Assembly: GCA_963727525.1 (NCBI GenBank)
Contig: CAVSGO010000007.1
Location: forward strand, 1,600,001 to 1,664,000
DNA length: 64,000 bases
Direction of reading: 5' to 3'
Source of the DNA: an uncultured bacterium
Lineage (GTDB): Bacteria > Krumholzibacteriota > Krumholzibacteriia > LZORAL124-64-63
The position numbers and the translations under genes are program-made. The notes under the pieces are model-generated. The model saw nothing but the letters and a program-made list of their open reading frames with translations, did no database searches and had not been told where the DNA came from. Of the stretch, positions 52,476 to 61,716 are shown piece after piece; position 1 is the first letter of the stretch; every line of letters starts with the position of its first letter.

Positions 52476-55271
52476 TCACCCGAGGCGTTCGTTGAGACCG
52501 CTGGTCGCCGGCAGCACCGCGGCCAGGTACTGACCCGTGAGCGACGCCGACTCGGACGCTACGTCCTCGGGCGTGCCCTGCGCCACGAGCCGGCCGCCGT
52601 CGTCGCCACCGCCGGGCCCGAGGTCGATCACCCAGTCGGCCTGGGCCACGAGGTCGAGGTTGTGCTCGATGACGAGCACAGTATGCTCCTGCTCCACCAG
52701 CTCGTGCAGCACAGCGACGAGGGCCTGCACGTCGTCCGCATGCAGACCGGTGGTGGGTTCATCCAGCAGGTAGAGATTGCGCTTGCCCGACGGCATCACC
52801 AGCTCGCGCGCCACCTTCAGCCGCTGGCTCTCGCCGCCCGAGAGCGTGGGGGCCGGTTGCCCCAGTGTGAGATAGCCGAGGCCCACCTTCTTGAGCAGCC
52901 ACAGCTTCTCGGACACGGCCGGCGTGCCGGCGAAGAACTTGAGCGCCTCGGCCACGGTCATCGCGAGGATCTCGGCGATGTTGAGTCCGCGGTACTTGAT
53001 CTCGAGGGTCTGCGCGTTGAAGCGCTTGCCGCCGCAATCCTCGCAAGGGACCTCGATGTCGGCCATGAACTGCATCTCGACCCGATGGAAGCCCATGCCC
53101 TGACACGCCGGGCAACGCCCGCCGGCGGTATTGAAGCTGAAGCGGCTGCCGGTGTACCCGCGCGCGAGCGCGTCTGGCGTCGCGGCGAGCAGATCGCGGA
53201 TCGGCGCGAGTATCTGCAGGTAGGTGGCCGGATTCGAGCGGCTGGTCTTGCCGATCGGCGTCTGGTCGACGCGCACGACCTTGTCGATGGCGTGCCCGCC
53301 CTGGATCGCCGTGAAGGGCGCCGTACGCCCCGTACCGCCGGTGGCGTGGCCGGTGAGTCCCGCATGCAGGCACCCGTTCATCAGACTGCTCTTACCCGAG
53401 CCCGACACGCCCGTGAGCGCGACGAACCGCTGCAGCGGGATACGCACATCGAGCTCGCGCAGATTATGCTGGCGCGCGCCCTTGACGCGCAACTGCGGCC
53501 CGCCGCTGGCGACCGGCCGCCGGTGCCGCCGGACGTGCCCGCGCTCACCGCGCAGATAGGCAGCCGTGAGCGTATCCTCGTGGTCGAGCAGGGCCGCGAG
53601 CGGCCCCTGGTAGACCACATGCCCCCCCTCCCGGCCCGCCCCGGGGCCCAGCTCGATGAAGTACTCCGCGCGTCGCAGCACGTCCAGATCGTGCTCCACC
53701 ACCACCACGGTGTTGCCGCCAGCCACGAGGTCGAGCAGGGTGTCCACCAGGCGCTCGCAATCGGCCGCGTGCAGACCGCAGGTGGGCTCGTCGAGCACGT
53801 AGAGCGTGTCCACCAGGCGGGAGCCGAGGCTGTTGGCGAGGTGGATGCGCTGGGCCTCCCCCCCGCTGAGCGTGCGCGTGAGCCGATCGAGGGTGAGGTA
53901 TCCTAGCCCGACGCGGTCGAGGAAACGCAACCGGCTGACCCCCTCGTCGAGCACCTCCCCGGCGACGGCTTGCCCCACCTTCGGCAGGCGCAGCGTCTGC
54001 AGACGGCGGTACGCCTCGCCGACGGCGAGCTGCCCGATCTGCCCCAGGTTCATGCCCGCCACCGTCACGGCCAGGGCTTCGGGCCGCAGGCGCGTACCAC
54101 CGCAAGCGCGGCAGAGCGTGTCCCCCATGTAGCGCCGCGTGAAGAAGCGATGGTGCGCCTTCTTCATCTCTGTCCGCATCTGCTCGAGCCACGGGATGAT
54201 GCCCACGTAGCCGCGATCGGTGCCCTCGATGACGAGTTGCTGCTGCTTGCGCGTGAGCTTGGCGTACGGCAGGTCGAGAGGGATCTTGTGACGCGTGCAG
54301 TAGCGGTAGAGGGCCGAACGCTCGCGCGCGAAGCTCTGTGTCGACCAGGGTTTCACCGCCCCGTCGCGGATGGCGAGGTCGGGATCCGGCACGATGCGCG
54401 CCTCGTCGAACTCCAGCTTGTTGCCGAAGCCCTTGCACGCAGGGCAGGCTCCCTGCGGATTGTTGAACGAGAAGAGCTGCGGCGTCGGCTCGGCGAACAC
54501 GCGCCCGCAGCCGTTGCAGATGAGCTGCGAGGCGAATTCCCGCACCTCGCCGTCCTCGTGGCCACGCACGACCAACCAGCCGCCCGACTGGCGCAACGCC
54601 AGCTCCACCGCCTCCACCGCGCGCGAACGCGCGCCGCTGGCGAGCTTGAGACGATCGACCACGACCTCGATGCGCTCGCCCTTGCCTGGCTTGCGCCCCT
54701 CGCCCGCGGCGGCTTCCTCGAGGCGCACAACCTCGCCCTTGACAACCGCGCGCTGGAAACCCTGCGCGAGCAGCGACTCGGCCCAATCGCCGCCGTTGCT
54801 GATCTCCTGCGGGTAACCGATCAGGACCGGCGCGTCCGGCCAGGTCTGGCGCATCTTGCGCCAGATGGAATCAGGCGTCTCGCGCGTGACCGTCTCGTGA
54901 CAATCGGGGCAGACGACCTTGCCGACGCGCGCGAAGAGCACGCGCAGGTAGTCGTTGATTTCGGTGACGGTGCCGACGGTGGAACGCCCGCTCGTCACCG
55001 CGTTGCGCTGCTGGATGGCGATGGCCGGGCTGATGCCGTCGATCCAATCGACGTCGGGCTTGGGTAGCCGCTCGAGGAACTGCCGGGCGTAGGTCGACAG
55101 CGACTCCACGTAGCACCGTTGACCCTCGGCGTAGAGCGTGTCGAATACCAGGCTCGACTTGCCCGAACCCGAGAGACCGGACACCGCGGTGAACTGGTCG
55201 CGCGGGATGTCCACGTCGATATTGCGCAGATTGTGCTGGCGGGCGCCCCGGATGCGGATCCACTCGTCCAA
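52476..55271 (-). CDS. uvrA: excinuclease ABC subunit A
   Basis: GARQHNL x2, GLSGSGKSS and GVSGSGKSS, LSGGE x2, zinc fingers, FSFN. Confidence 0.93.
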   Translation of the reverse strand: MDEWIRIRGARQHNLRNIDVDIPRDQFTAVSGLSGSGKSSLVFDTLYAEGQRCYVESLSTYARQFLERLPKPDVDWIDGISPAIAIQQRNAVTSGRSTVGTVTEINDYLRVLFARVGKVVCPDCHETVTRETPDSIWRKMRQTWPDAPVLIGYPQEISNGGDWAESLLAQGFQRAVVKGEVVRLEEAAAGEGRKPGKGERIEVVVDRLKLASGARSRAVEAVELALRQSGGWLVVRGHEDGEVREFASQLICNGCGRVFAEPTPQLFSFNNPQGACPACKGFGNKLEFDEARIVPDPDLAIRDGAVKPWSTQSFARERSALYRYCTRHKIPLDLPYAKLTRKQQQLVIEGTDRGYVGIIPWLEQMRTEMKKAHHRFFTRRYMGDTLCRACGGTRLRPEALAVTVAGMNLGQIGQLAVGEAYRRLQTLRLPKVGQAVAGEVLDEGVSRLRFLDRVGLGYLTLDRLTRTLSGGEAQRIHLANSLGSRLVDTLYVLDEPTCGLHAADCERLVDTLLDLVAGGNTVVVVEHDLDVLRRAEYFIELGPGAGREGGHVVYQGPLAALLDHEDTLTAAYLRGERGHVRRHRRPVASGGPQLRVKGARQHNLRELDVRIPLQRFVALTGVSGSGKSSLMNGCLHAGLTGHATGGTGRTAPFTAIQGGHAIDKVVRVDQTPIGKTSRSNPATYLQILAPIRDLLAATPDALARGYTGSRFSFNTAGGRCPACQGMGFHRVEMQFMADIEVPCEDCGGKRFNAQTLEIKYRGLNIAEILAMTVAEALKFFAGTPAVSEKLWLLKKVGLGYLTLGQPAPTLSGGESQRLKVARELVMPSGKRNLYLLDEPTTGLHADDVQALVAVLHELVEQEHTVLVIEHNLDLVAQADWVIDLGPGGGDDGGRLVAQGTPEDVASESASLTGQYLAAVLPATSGLNERLG

Positions 55272-55462
55272 GTTGCTCCACCCGTCCAAGATGGTCTCGT
55301 CTCGAGTCCGAGCCTTCTGGTCTCGGTCCCCCTACTCGATGAACTGCACAGGATAGCAATCTTTCGGTCAGTCTGAAAGTGGCTTACCCTTGAGGAGTTC
55401 ATGTTGCCTGGATTTCGGCGTTTGCATCGCCATTGTCGTCGTTGTATCCCGCGAGGTCGCTC

Positions 55463-56256
55463 ATGCTCCCCCACGTCCAAGCCCTGCTGCAGACGATCCA
55501 CACCCTGCGCGCGCCCGGCGGCTGTCCGTGGGACCGCAAGCAGACCCTGGCCACGGCCGTGCACCATCTGCAGGACGAATCGGCCGAACTGCTCGAGGCG
55601 GCCCTGGAGGGCGACCTCGAGCACGTGCGCGAGGAACTGGGCGATCTCCTGTTCATGGTGTGCTTCGTCACGGAGATTCTGAGCGAGCAGCTCGACACGG
55701 ATTTCGACCGCGTGGCCGACGTCGCCGACACGAAACTGGTCCGCCGGCACCCCCACGTGTTCGGCGAAGCCGCCGCTCGCGACGCCGGCGAGAGCCAGGT
55801 GCGGTGGAACGAGATCAAGGCCCAGGAGAAGCGCGATAAGGGCCTCGACCCGGACGCGGAGTCGGTGCTCAAGGACCTGCCGGCCAGCACGCCCCCCTCC
55901 ACCAGGCCTATCGGTATCAGAAGGACGCCGCCGAGGTGGGCTTCGACTGGCCCGGCCTGGACGGCGTTTGGGACAAGCTCCACGAGGAGATCGCCGAGAC
56001 GCGTGAAGCGGCGGCCGTGGGCGATCCGCAGGCCATGGAGCACGAGGTGGGCGATGTACTCTTCACGGTGGCCAATCTCGCCCGACGCCTCGACGTGCAC
56101 CCCGACCTGGCGCTACGGCGCGCGAACGCGCGTTTTCGCGCGCGCTTCCACCTGGTGGAGACGGCGCACGGCCACGACCGCCAGCGCCTGCGCGATGCCT
56201 CGCTCGACGAGCTGGAAGCCGCCTGGCAGGCGGCCAAGCGCCAGCTCGATCGATAA
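55463..56256 (+). pseudogene. mazG: MazG nucleoside triphosphate pyrophosphohydrolase, interrupted by a 1-nt frameshift (real or assembly error)
   Basis: GGCPWDRKQT, EELGDLL, KLVRRHPHVF in the first frame; after the C6 run at 55892-55897 the homology continues in another frame (LHQAYRYQKDAAEVGFDW...EVGDVLF...NARFRARF) to TAA 56256. Confidence 0.85.
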
Positions 56257-56350
56257 TCGACAATAATGTATTTTCCGTGATCGGATTCGTCCCCGGAGCG
56301 GGCGTCTGGCGGCACACATCGCGACCCAGGCACGCTTCGAAAGGACCATC

Positions 56351-57985
56351 ATGACCACGCGACACGATCTCCCGCCCGCGCTGCGACGCGCGAGCGCGGG
56401 CATCCTCGTGACCCTCGCCGCATTCGCCCTCCTGGTGGCGGGATGCAGCAAGACCGGTCCCTCCGGCCCCGAGAACACCGACCCCCTCGACCCCACGGTC
56501 GTCAACGCCTTCGTCAACACGCTGCCTGCCTGGCAGGTGCCGGACGACACCGCGGAACCCCCCGCGCCCCAGCCGGACGAGGAAGACTTCGAGGACAGCC
56601 AGTACTACCGTTGCAGCGTGGTCGAGTACGACCTGCGCCGGAACTTCGACAGCATCGTGGCCGTGGGCGCCAACGCCACGGCCCTCAAGCCTGGCATGAT
56701 GGTGCAAGGCAACGGCGTCAAGGACGGCTCCCTGGCCACCATCGGCCTGGCGCGCTCGCCGCTGTCACTCTCGGTGAATCTGGCGCTGGAGAATCCGTCG
56801 CGGCACGTGGAACATCCCAACAGCTCCTCGATCCAGGACGCCATCGCATCGCTGCAGCGCGAGGCCGATACGCGCCTCGGCGCCCTGCCGGTGGTGCCGG
56901 CCATGATCAACTTCAAATCCGAGCAAGCCTACTCCTTCCAGCAGGCCATGCTCTCGGCCGGCATTGGCCTGAGCTACAGCGCCGTGTTCGCCAGCGGCTC
57001 GGTGTCGTCGGCGTTCAGCCAGAATTCGTCGGTGGCCACACACAGCGTGATCGTCAAGCTGCTGCAGCCGATGTACACCATCTCCTTCGCCGACGACGAG
57101 ATGGCCGAGCCAGGCGACTTCTTCGACAGCGACGTCACGCAGGGCGACTTCGACCGTCAGCGCGAGCTCGGCACCATGGGGCCGGGAAATCTGCCGTGCT
57201 ACGTGCAGTCCGTCACCTACGGCCGCATGCTCGTCTACACGCTCACCTCCACCGAGGCGACGAGCTCGCAGGAATTGCAGCTCGCCGTGCAGGCCTCGTA
57301 CGGCGCCTGGGAAGGCGATGGCAGCGTCGACAGCCGTCAGCGGCAGCTCCTGCAGAACTCGACGATCGAGGTGCAGGTGTTCGGCGGCACCCAGGAGGAC
57401 CAGCTCGACGCGATCAAGACGGCCATTCGCAGCGGCGACTTCACGGCATTCCTCGGCCCCGTGCCGGCGACCACGGCCGTGCCTCTCTCGTACCGCATCA
57501 ACGATCTGAAGAACCGCCAGCCGGCCGTCATCGGCGACGCCACGCAATTCAGCATCCGCGAGTGCGAACCCGTGACCGATCTGCGCTTCACCGTTTCCCT
57601 GGACAGCATTCAGGTGGTAGACGGCTGCGACGCGACGAACGCGTTCGACATCGAGAGCTGGGTCGACGTATCCGACGGCAACTACTACTGGTTGCTCCAT
57701 CAGAGCGATCATTCCTTCACCCGCGACGAGCTGCCCACCTTGCACCAGCAGGCGATCTTCACCGTGAACGCGACCCAGAACACGGAGATCACCTTCACCA
57801 CGAACTTCAACGGCACCGGTCAGGACCACGCGTATCACTGGTGGACGAAGACGACGACCTTCCAGTACCCCTTCGATTTCGACACCAATCCGTACGGGTT
57901 CACCCACATCGAGACGACCTCGAACGATGTGTATGACGGCTGTACGCTGGAGATGTATTACACGATCGAGCGGCAGCTGAACTGA
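56351..57985 (+). CDS. thiol-activated (cholesterol-dependent) cytolysin-like lipoprotein
   Basis: Lipobox LVAG-C32; CDC core motifs LKPGMMVQG (~YPGAL), YVQSVTYGRM, VFGG, VPLSYRI; non-canonical C-terminal domain. Confidence 0.82.
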   Translation: MTTRHDLPPALRRASAGILVTLAAFALLVAGCSKTGPSGPENTDPLDPTVVNAFVNTLPAWQVPDDTAEPPAPQPDEEDFEDSQYYRCSVVEYDLRRNFDSIVAVGANATALKPGMMVQGNGVKDGSLATIGLARSPLSLSVNLALENPSRHVEHPNSSSIQDAIASLQREADTRLGALPVVPAMINFKSEQAYSFQQAMLSAGIGLSYSAVFASGSVSSAFSQNSSVATHSVIVKLLQPMYTISFADDEMAEPGDFFDSDVTQGDFDRQRELGTMGPGNLPCYVQSVTYGRMLVYTLTSTEATSSQELQLAVQASYGAWEGDGSVDSRQRQLLQNSTIEVQVFGGTQEDQLDAIKTAIRSGDFTAFLGPVPATTAVPLSYRINDLKNRQPAVIGDATQFSIRECEPVTDLRFTVSLDSIQVVDGCDATNAFDIESWVDVSDGNYYWLLHQSDHSFTRDELPTLHQQAIFTVNATQNTEITFTTNFNGTGQDHAYHWWTKTTTFQYPFDFDTNPYGFTHIETTSNDVYDGCTLEMYYTIERQLN

Positions 57986-58089
57986 GCGAACCGCGCTCGG
58001 CGGGGCGGTCCGGCACCGCCCCCGGCGCATTGCTGGGCAGATGATCATCGTCTATCTTCTTACGCGCACCCCAGCGCAGGTAGACGCCG

Positions 58090-58653
58090 ATGGACCCCGA
58101 CCGCGCCGAGATCACTGCGATGCTTCTCGATCTCTCGGGAGACAACCGGGAGGTCATCGATGCCCTGATGCCGCACGTCTACGACGTGCTGCATGGTATC
58201 GCGCGCAAGCAGCTCGGCCGGGAGCGTTCCGACCATACGCTGGCGCCGACCGCGCTGGTGCACGAGGCCTACATGCGGCTCATCGACCAGAACCAGGTGC
58301 GCTGGCAGAACCGGGCCCACTTCTTTGCCATCGCTGCGCGTGCGATGCGGCGGATCCTCGTGAACCACGCCCGCGATCGCGTGGCGCTGAAACGCGGCGG
58401 CGGCCAGATGGCCATCACCCTCGATGAGGAACTGGCCCCGGCCATCAGCCGACCCGAGCAGATGCTCGCCCTCGAGGACGCGCTCAACCGCCTGCAGACG
58501 CTCGACGAGCGCCGCGCTCTGGTCGTGGAGTATCGCTTCTTCGGCGGCCTTACCCACGAGGAGATCGCCCACGTCCTGGGGGTCTCCGTCCCCACCGTGC
58601 AGCGCGACTGGCGCTTCGCCCGCGCCTGGCTGGCCCGGGACCTCTCCTCGTGA
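58090..58653 (+). CDS. ECF sigma factor, kinase-associated (TIGR02999-like)
   Basis: HTLAPTALVHEAYMRL, WQNRAHFF, ALKRGG, RFFGGLT, RDWRFARAWL. Confidence 0.93.
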   Translation: MDPDRAEITAMLLDLSGDNREVIDALMPHVYDVLHGIARKQLGRERSDHTLAPTALVHEAYMRLIDQNQVRWQNRAHFFAIAARAMRRILVNHARDRVALKRGGGQMAITLDEELAPAISRPEQMLALEDALNRLQTLDERRALVVEYRFFGGLTHEEIAHVLGVSVPTVQRDWRFARAWLARDLSS

Positions 58654-61600
58654 GCGACGCGCGCTGGCAACGCCTCGAGGCGCTCTTCGACACCGCGCAG
58701 GGGCTGCCGGTCGCGCACCGTGCCGCATTCCTCGCCCGCGAATGCGGCGACGACCCCGCACTGCGTGACGAGGTGCTCTCCCTGCTCGCTGCCGATGCCT
58801 CCGGCCACACCCTGCTCGACGGCAACGCCCTCGATGCGGCTCCGGCCCTGGCGGCCCCGGTGCATCCCGGCCAGCAGATCGGCCCGTACCGCATCGTCGC
58901 CACCCTCGGCGAGGGCGGCATGGGCATCGTCTACCTGGCGGAGCGCTGCGACGGCCAGTTCGAGCAACGGGTGGCGCTCAAGATCGCGCGCCTGGGTCTG
59001 CTCTCGCCCGAGCACGTCCGACGCTTCCAGGCCGAACGCCAGATCCTGGCCCGCCTCGAGCATCCCGGCATCGCCCGCTTGCTCGACGGCGGCGTGACCG
59101 AGCAGGGCTTGCCCTGGTTCAGCCTCGAGTACGTGGAGGGATTGCCCATCGACCAGTGGTGCGCGCGCCACGAGGTCGACGTCACACGCCGTCTCGAACT
59201 CTTCCTCGCGGTGTGCGATGCGGTGCAGTACGCCCAGAACAACCTCGTGGTACACCGGGATCTCAAGCCGAGCAACATCCTCGTCACCGCCGACGGCACG
59301 GTGAAGCTGCTCGATTTCGGCATCGCCAAGCTCGTCGCCGACGACGACGGCGTCGAACGCACGCGTACCGCCATGCCCATGATGACGGCGAGCTACGCGG
59401 CGCCCGAGCAGGTGCGGGGCGAGTCCATCACCACGGCCACCGACGTGTACGCGCTCGGTCTGGTGCTCTACGAGCTGCTGGCCGGCGTACGCCCTTACGA
59501 CGTGCGCGAGCGCACGCCGGCCGAACTCGAACGCGTGATCTGCACCACGGAGCCGGCGCGCCCGAGCCGAGCGACGACCGACCCGCGGCGACGGCGCCAG
59601 CTCGTGGGCGACCTCGACAACATCTGCCTCAAGGCCATCGCCAAGGAGCCCGACCGCCGCTACTCCACCGCCGGGCAATTCGGCGAGGACATCCGCCAGC
59701 ACCTCGCCGGTCTGCCCGTGCACGCGCGGCCGGCCACGTTCGCCTACCTCGCACGCAAGGCGATGCGCCGTTACCGCACGCCGCTCGTGGCGGGAGCCCT
59801 CGTGATCGTGGCGGCGATCGGACTGGCGGGATACGCCACGAACGGCGTGGCCAGGGCGCGCGATCGTGCGCAACGCGAGGCCGCGCGTACCCAGCAGGTG
59901 ACGGAGTTCCTCACGTCGATCTTCGAGGTTGCCGACCCCGACGAGTCGCGCGGGGCCGACACCACGGCCCGTGAGCTGCTCGCGCGCGGCACGCAACGCG
60001 TCCGCAGGGAACTGGCGGGGCAGCCTGACCTGCAGGCCACGATGCAGAACACTCTCGGGCGCGTGTCCATGAACCTGGGCCTGTATGCCGAGGCCGACAG
60101 CCTGCTCACCGCGGCCGTCGCCACCGAGGAGGCGCGCGGCGCCACCGGCGACGGGCACTTCGCGCAGATGGTGTACGACCTGGGCCAGCTCCGCCAGGGT
60201 CAGGGTCGATACGCCGAGGCCGATTCGCTGCTACGGGTGGCCCTGAAGATCCAGCGGCGACAGCGCGGCCCTGACGACGGGCACATCGCGTCCACGCTGG
60301 TCGCGCTGGGACACGCCGAACGCGCCCTGGGGCGCTTCGACGCGGCCGAGTCCGACTACCGCGAAGCCCTCGCTGTCATCGAGGCCGCCACGCCGCCGGA
60401 CGAGACCCGCCGCGCCGTCGCCCTCGGCGCGCTGGCCCTGCTGATGACCGAGCGTGACCGTTTCGCGGAAGCCGAACCCCTGTATCGCGAATCGCTCGCG
60501 ATCCTGCGCCGTACCGTGGGCGAGGATCATCCGGAGGTCGCGACCACACTCTTCAATCTCGGCCTGCTGCTCGGCGACCGCGGCGATCTCGAGGGTGCCG
60601 AGCAGGTCCAGCGCGAAACGCTCGCCCTCGACAGAAAACTCTATGGCGACCACCACCCCAACGTCGCCTACGACCTCACCAACGTCGCATTTCTGCTGCG
60701 CGAGAAGGGTAGCTACGCGGAGGCCGAATCGACGGCGCGCAAGGCCCTCGCCATGCGCACGGAGATCCTTGGTCCGGACCACCCCGAGACGCTGCTCTCG
60801 CGTGCCAATCTCTCGCAGATTCTCGAGGCCCGCGGCGAGTACGTCGAGGCCGCCCGCATCGGCCGCGAGGTGCTCGCCCGGGAAACGGCGCTGCTCGGGC
60901 CGGACAGCCCGTCGCTGTGCGCCCGCTGGAATCAACTCGGCTGGTACGCCTACGACCTCGGCCACTACGCCCGGGCCGACTCGTTCCACCGCCGCGCGCT
61001 CGCCGTCGGCACGGCCAGCTTCGATCCCGATCACAAGAGCATGGCGATCAGCGGGCTGCAACTCGCGCGCGATCTCGTGGCCGAGCATCGCCTGGCCGAG
61101 GCCGATTCGATCCAGCAGACCGCGCTCGCCACCGCGCGGCGGCTGTACAGGTACGACAACCCGTTCACGGCCGCGAACCTCGCGGGTCTCGCCCACATCC
61201 GACTCGAAGCCGGCCGCCTCGCCGACGCCGAACGACTGGCCGCCCAGTCCCTGGCCATGGTGCGCGGGAGCGTCACGCCCGCTCTCCCGCGAGTCGCCAG
61301 CGGTCTGGAACTCCTGGGCGAGATCGCCGCGGCGCGCCACGATGCCGCGCGGGCCGACAGCCTCCTCGCGGCCGCACTCCACGAGCAGCGGCGGTTCGTG
61401 GGACTCGCGCATCCGGAGGCCGCCTGGTACGCGGTGCAACTGGGTGCGGTGAAGCTGGAACGCGGGGAGTCGGCAGCGGCGGCAGCTCTCGTCGCGCCGG
61501 CGGCGGCGGCGTTGCAGGCCGCCCTCCCGGCCACACACTGGAAGGTCGCCTACGCGAAGGGTGTCCTGGCCGCCTGCCGGCTCGCAAATGGTGATACGGG

Positions 61601-61712
61601 CGCGCGTTCCGAGATTCGCGCCGCCAGCGCTCGCGTGGCCACCGTGCTCGGCGACGGCACGCGCATGCCGACGTCGCTCGCCCGGTTCGCCGACCGCGGC
61701 CAGGGCCCGTGA
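58650..61712 (+). CDS. membrane Ser/Thr protein kinase with extracytoplasmic TPR repeats
   Basis: GEGGMG, VALK, HRDLKPSN, DFG, APEQ, DVYALG; one TM; many TPR repeats (GxDHPxxA); GTGA overlap with the ECF gene. Confidence 0.93.
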   Translation: MSDARWQRLEALFDTAQGLPVAHRAAFLARECGDDPALRDEVLSLLAADASGHTLLDGNALDAAPALAAPVHPGQQIGPYRIVATLGEGGMGIVYLAERCDGQFEQRVALKIARLGLLSPEHVRRFQAERQILARLEHPGIARLLDGGVTEQGLPWFSLEYVEGLPIDQWCARHEVDVTRRLELFLAVCDAVQYAQNNLVVHRDLKPSNILVTADGTVKLLDFGIAKLVADDDGVERTRTAMPMMTASYAAPEQVRGESITTATDVYALGLVLYELLAGVRPYDVRERTPAELERVICTTEPARPSRATTDPRRRRQLVGDLDNICLKAIAKEPDRRYSTAGQFGEDIRQHLAGLPVHARPATFAYLARKAMRRYRTPLVAGALVIVAAIGLAGYATNGVARARDRAQREAARTQQVTEFLTSIFEVADPDESRGADTTARELLARGTQRVRRELAGQPDLQATMQNTLGRVSMNLGLYAEADSLLTAAVATEEARGATGDGHFAQMVYDLGQLRQGQGRYAEADSLLRVALKIQRRQRGPDDGHIASTLVALGHAERALGRFDAAESDYREALAVIEAATPPDETRRAVALGALALLMTERDRFAEAEPLYRESLAILRRTVGEDHPEVATTLFNLGLLLGDRGDLEGAEQVQRETLALDRKLYGDHHPNVAYDLTNVAFLLREKGSYAEAESTARKALAMRTEILGPDHPETLLSRANLSQILEARGEYVEAARIGREVLARETALLGPDSPSLCARWNQLGWYAYDLGHYARADSFHRRALAVGTASFDPDHKSMAISGLQLARDLVAEHRLAEADSIQQTALATARRLYRYDNPFTAANLAGLAHIRLEAGRLADAERLAAQSLAMVRGSVTPALPRVASGLELLGEIAAARHDAARADSLLAAALHEQRRFVGLAHPEAAWYAVQLGAVKLERGESAAAAALVAPAAAALQAALPATHWKVAYAKGVLAACRLANGDTGARSEIRAASARVATVLGDGTRMPTSLARFADRGQGP

Positions 61713-61716
61713 ACGT

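Noticed and set aside
55463-56266. Selenocysteine read-through explaining the mazG break
   Set aside because: The break is a frame change, not an in-frame UGA.
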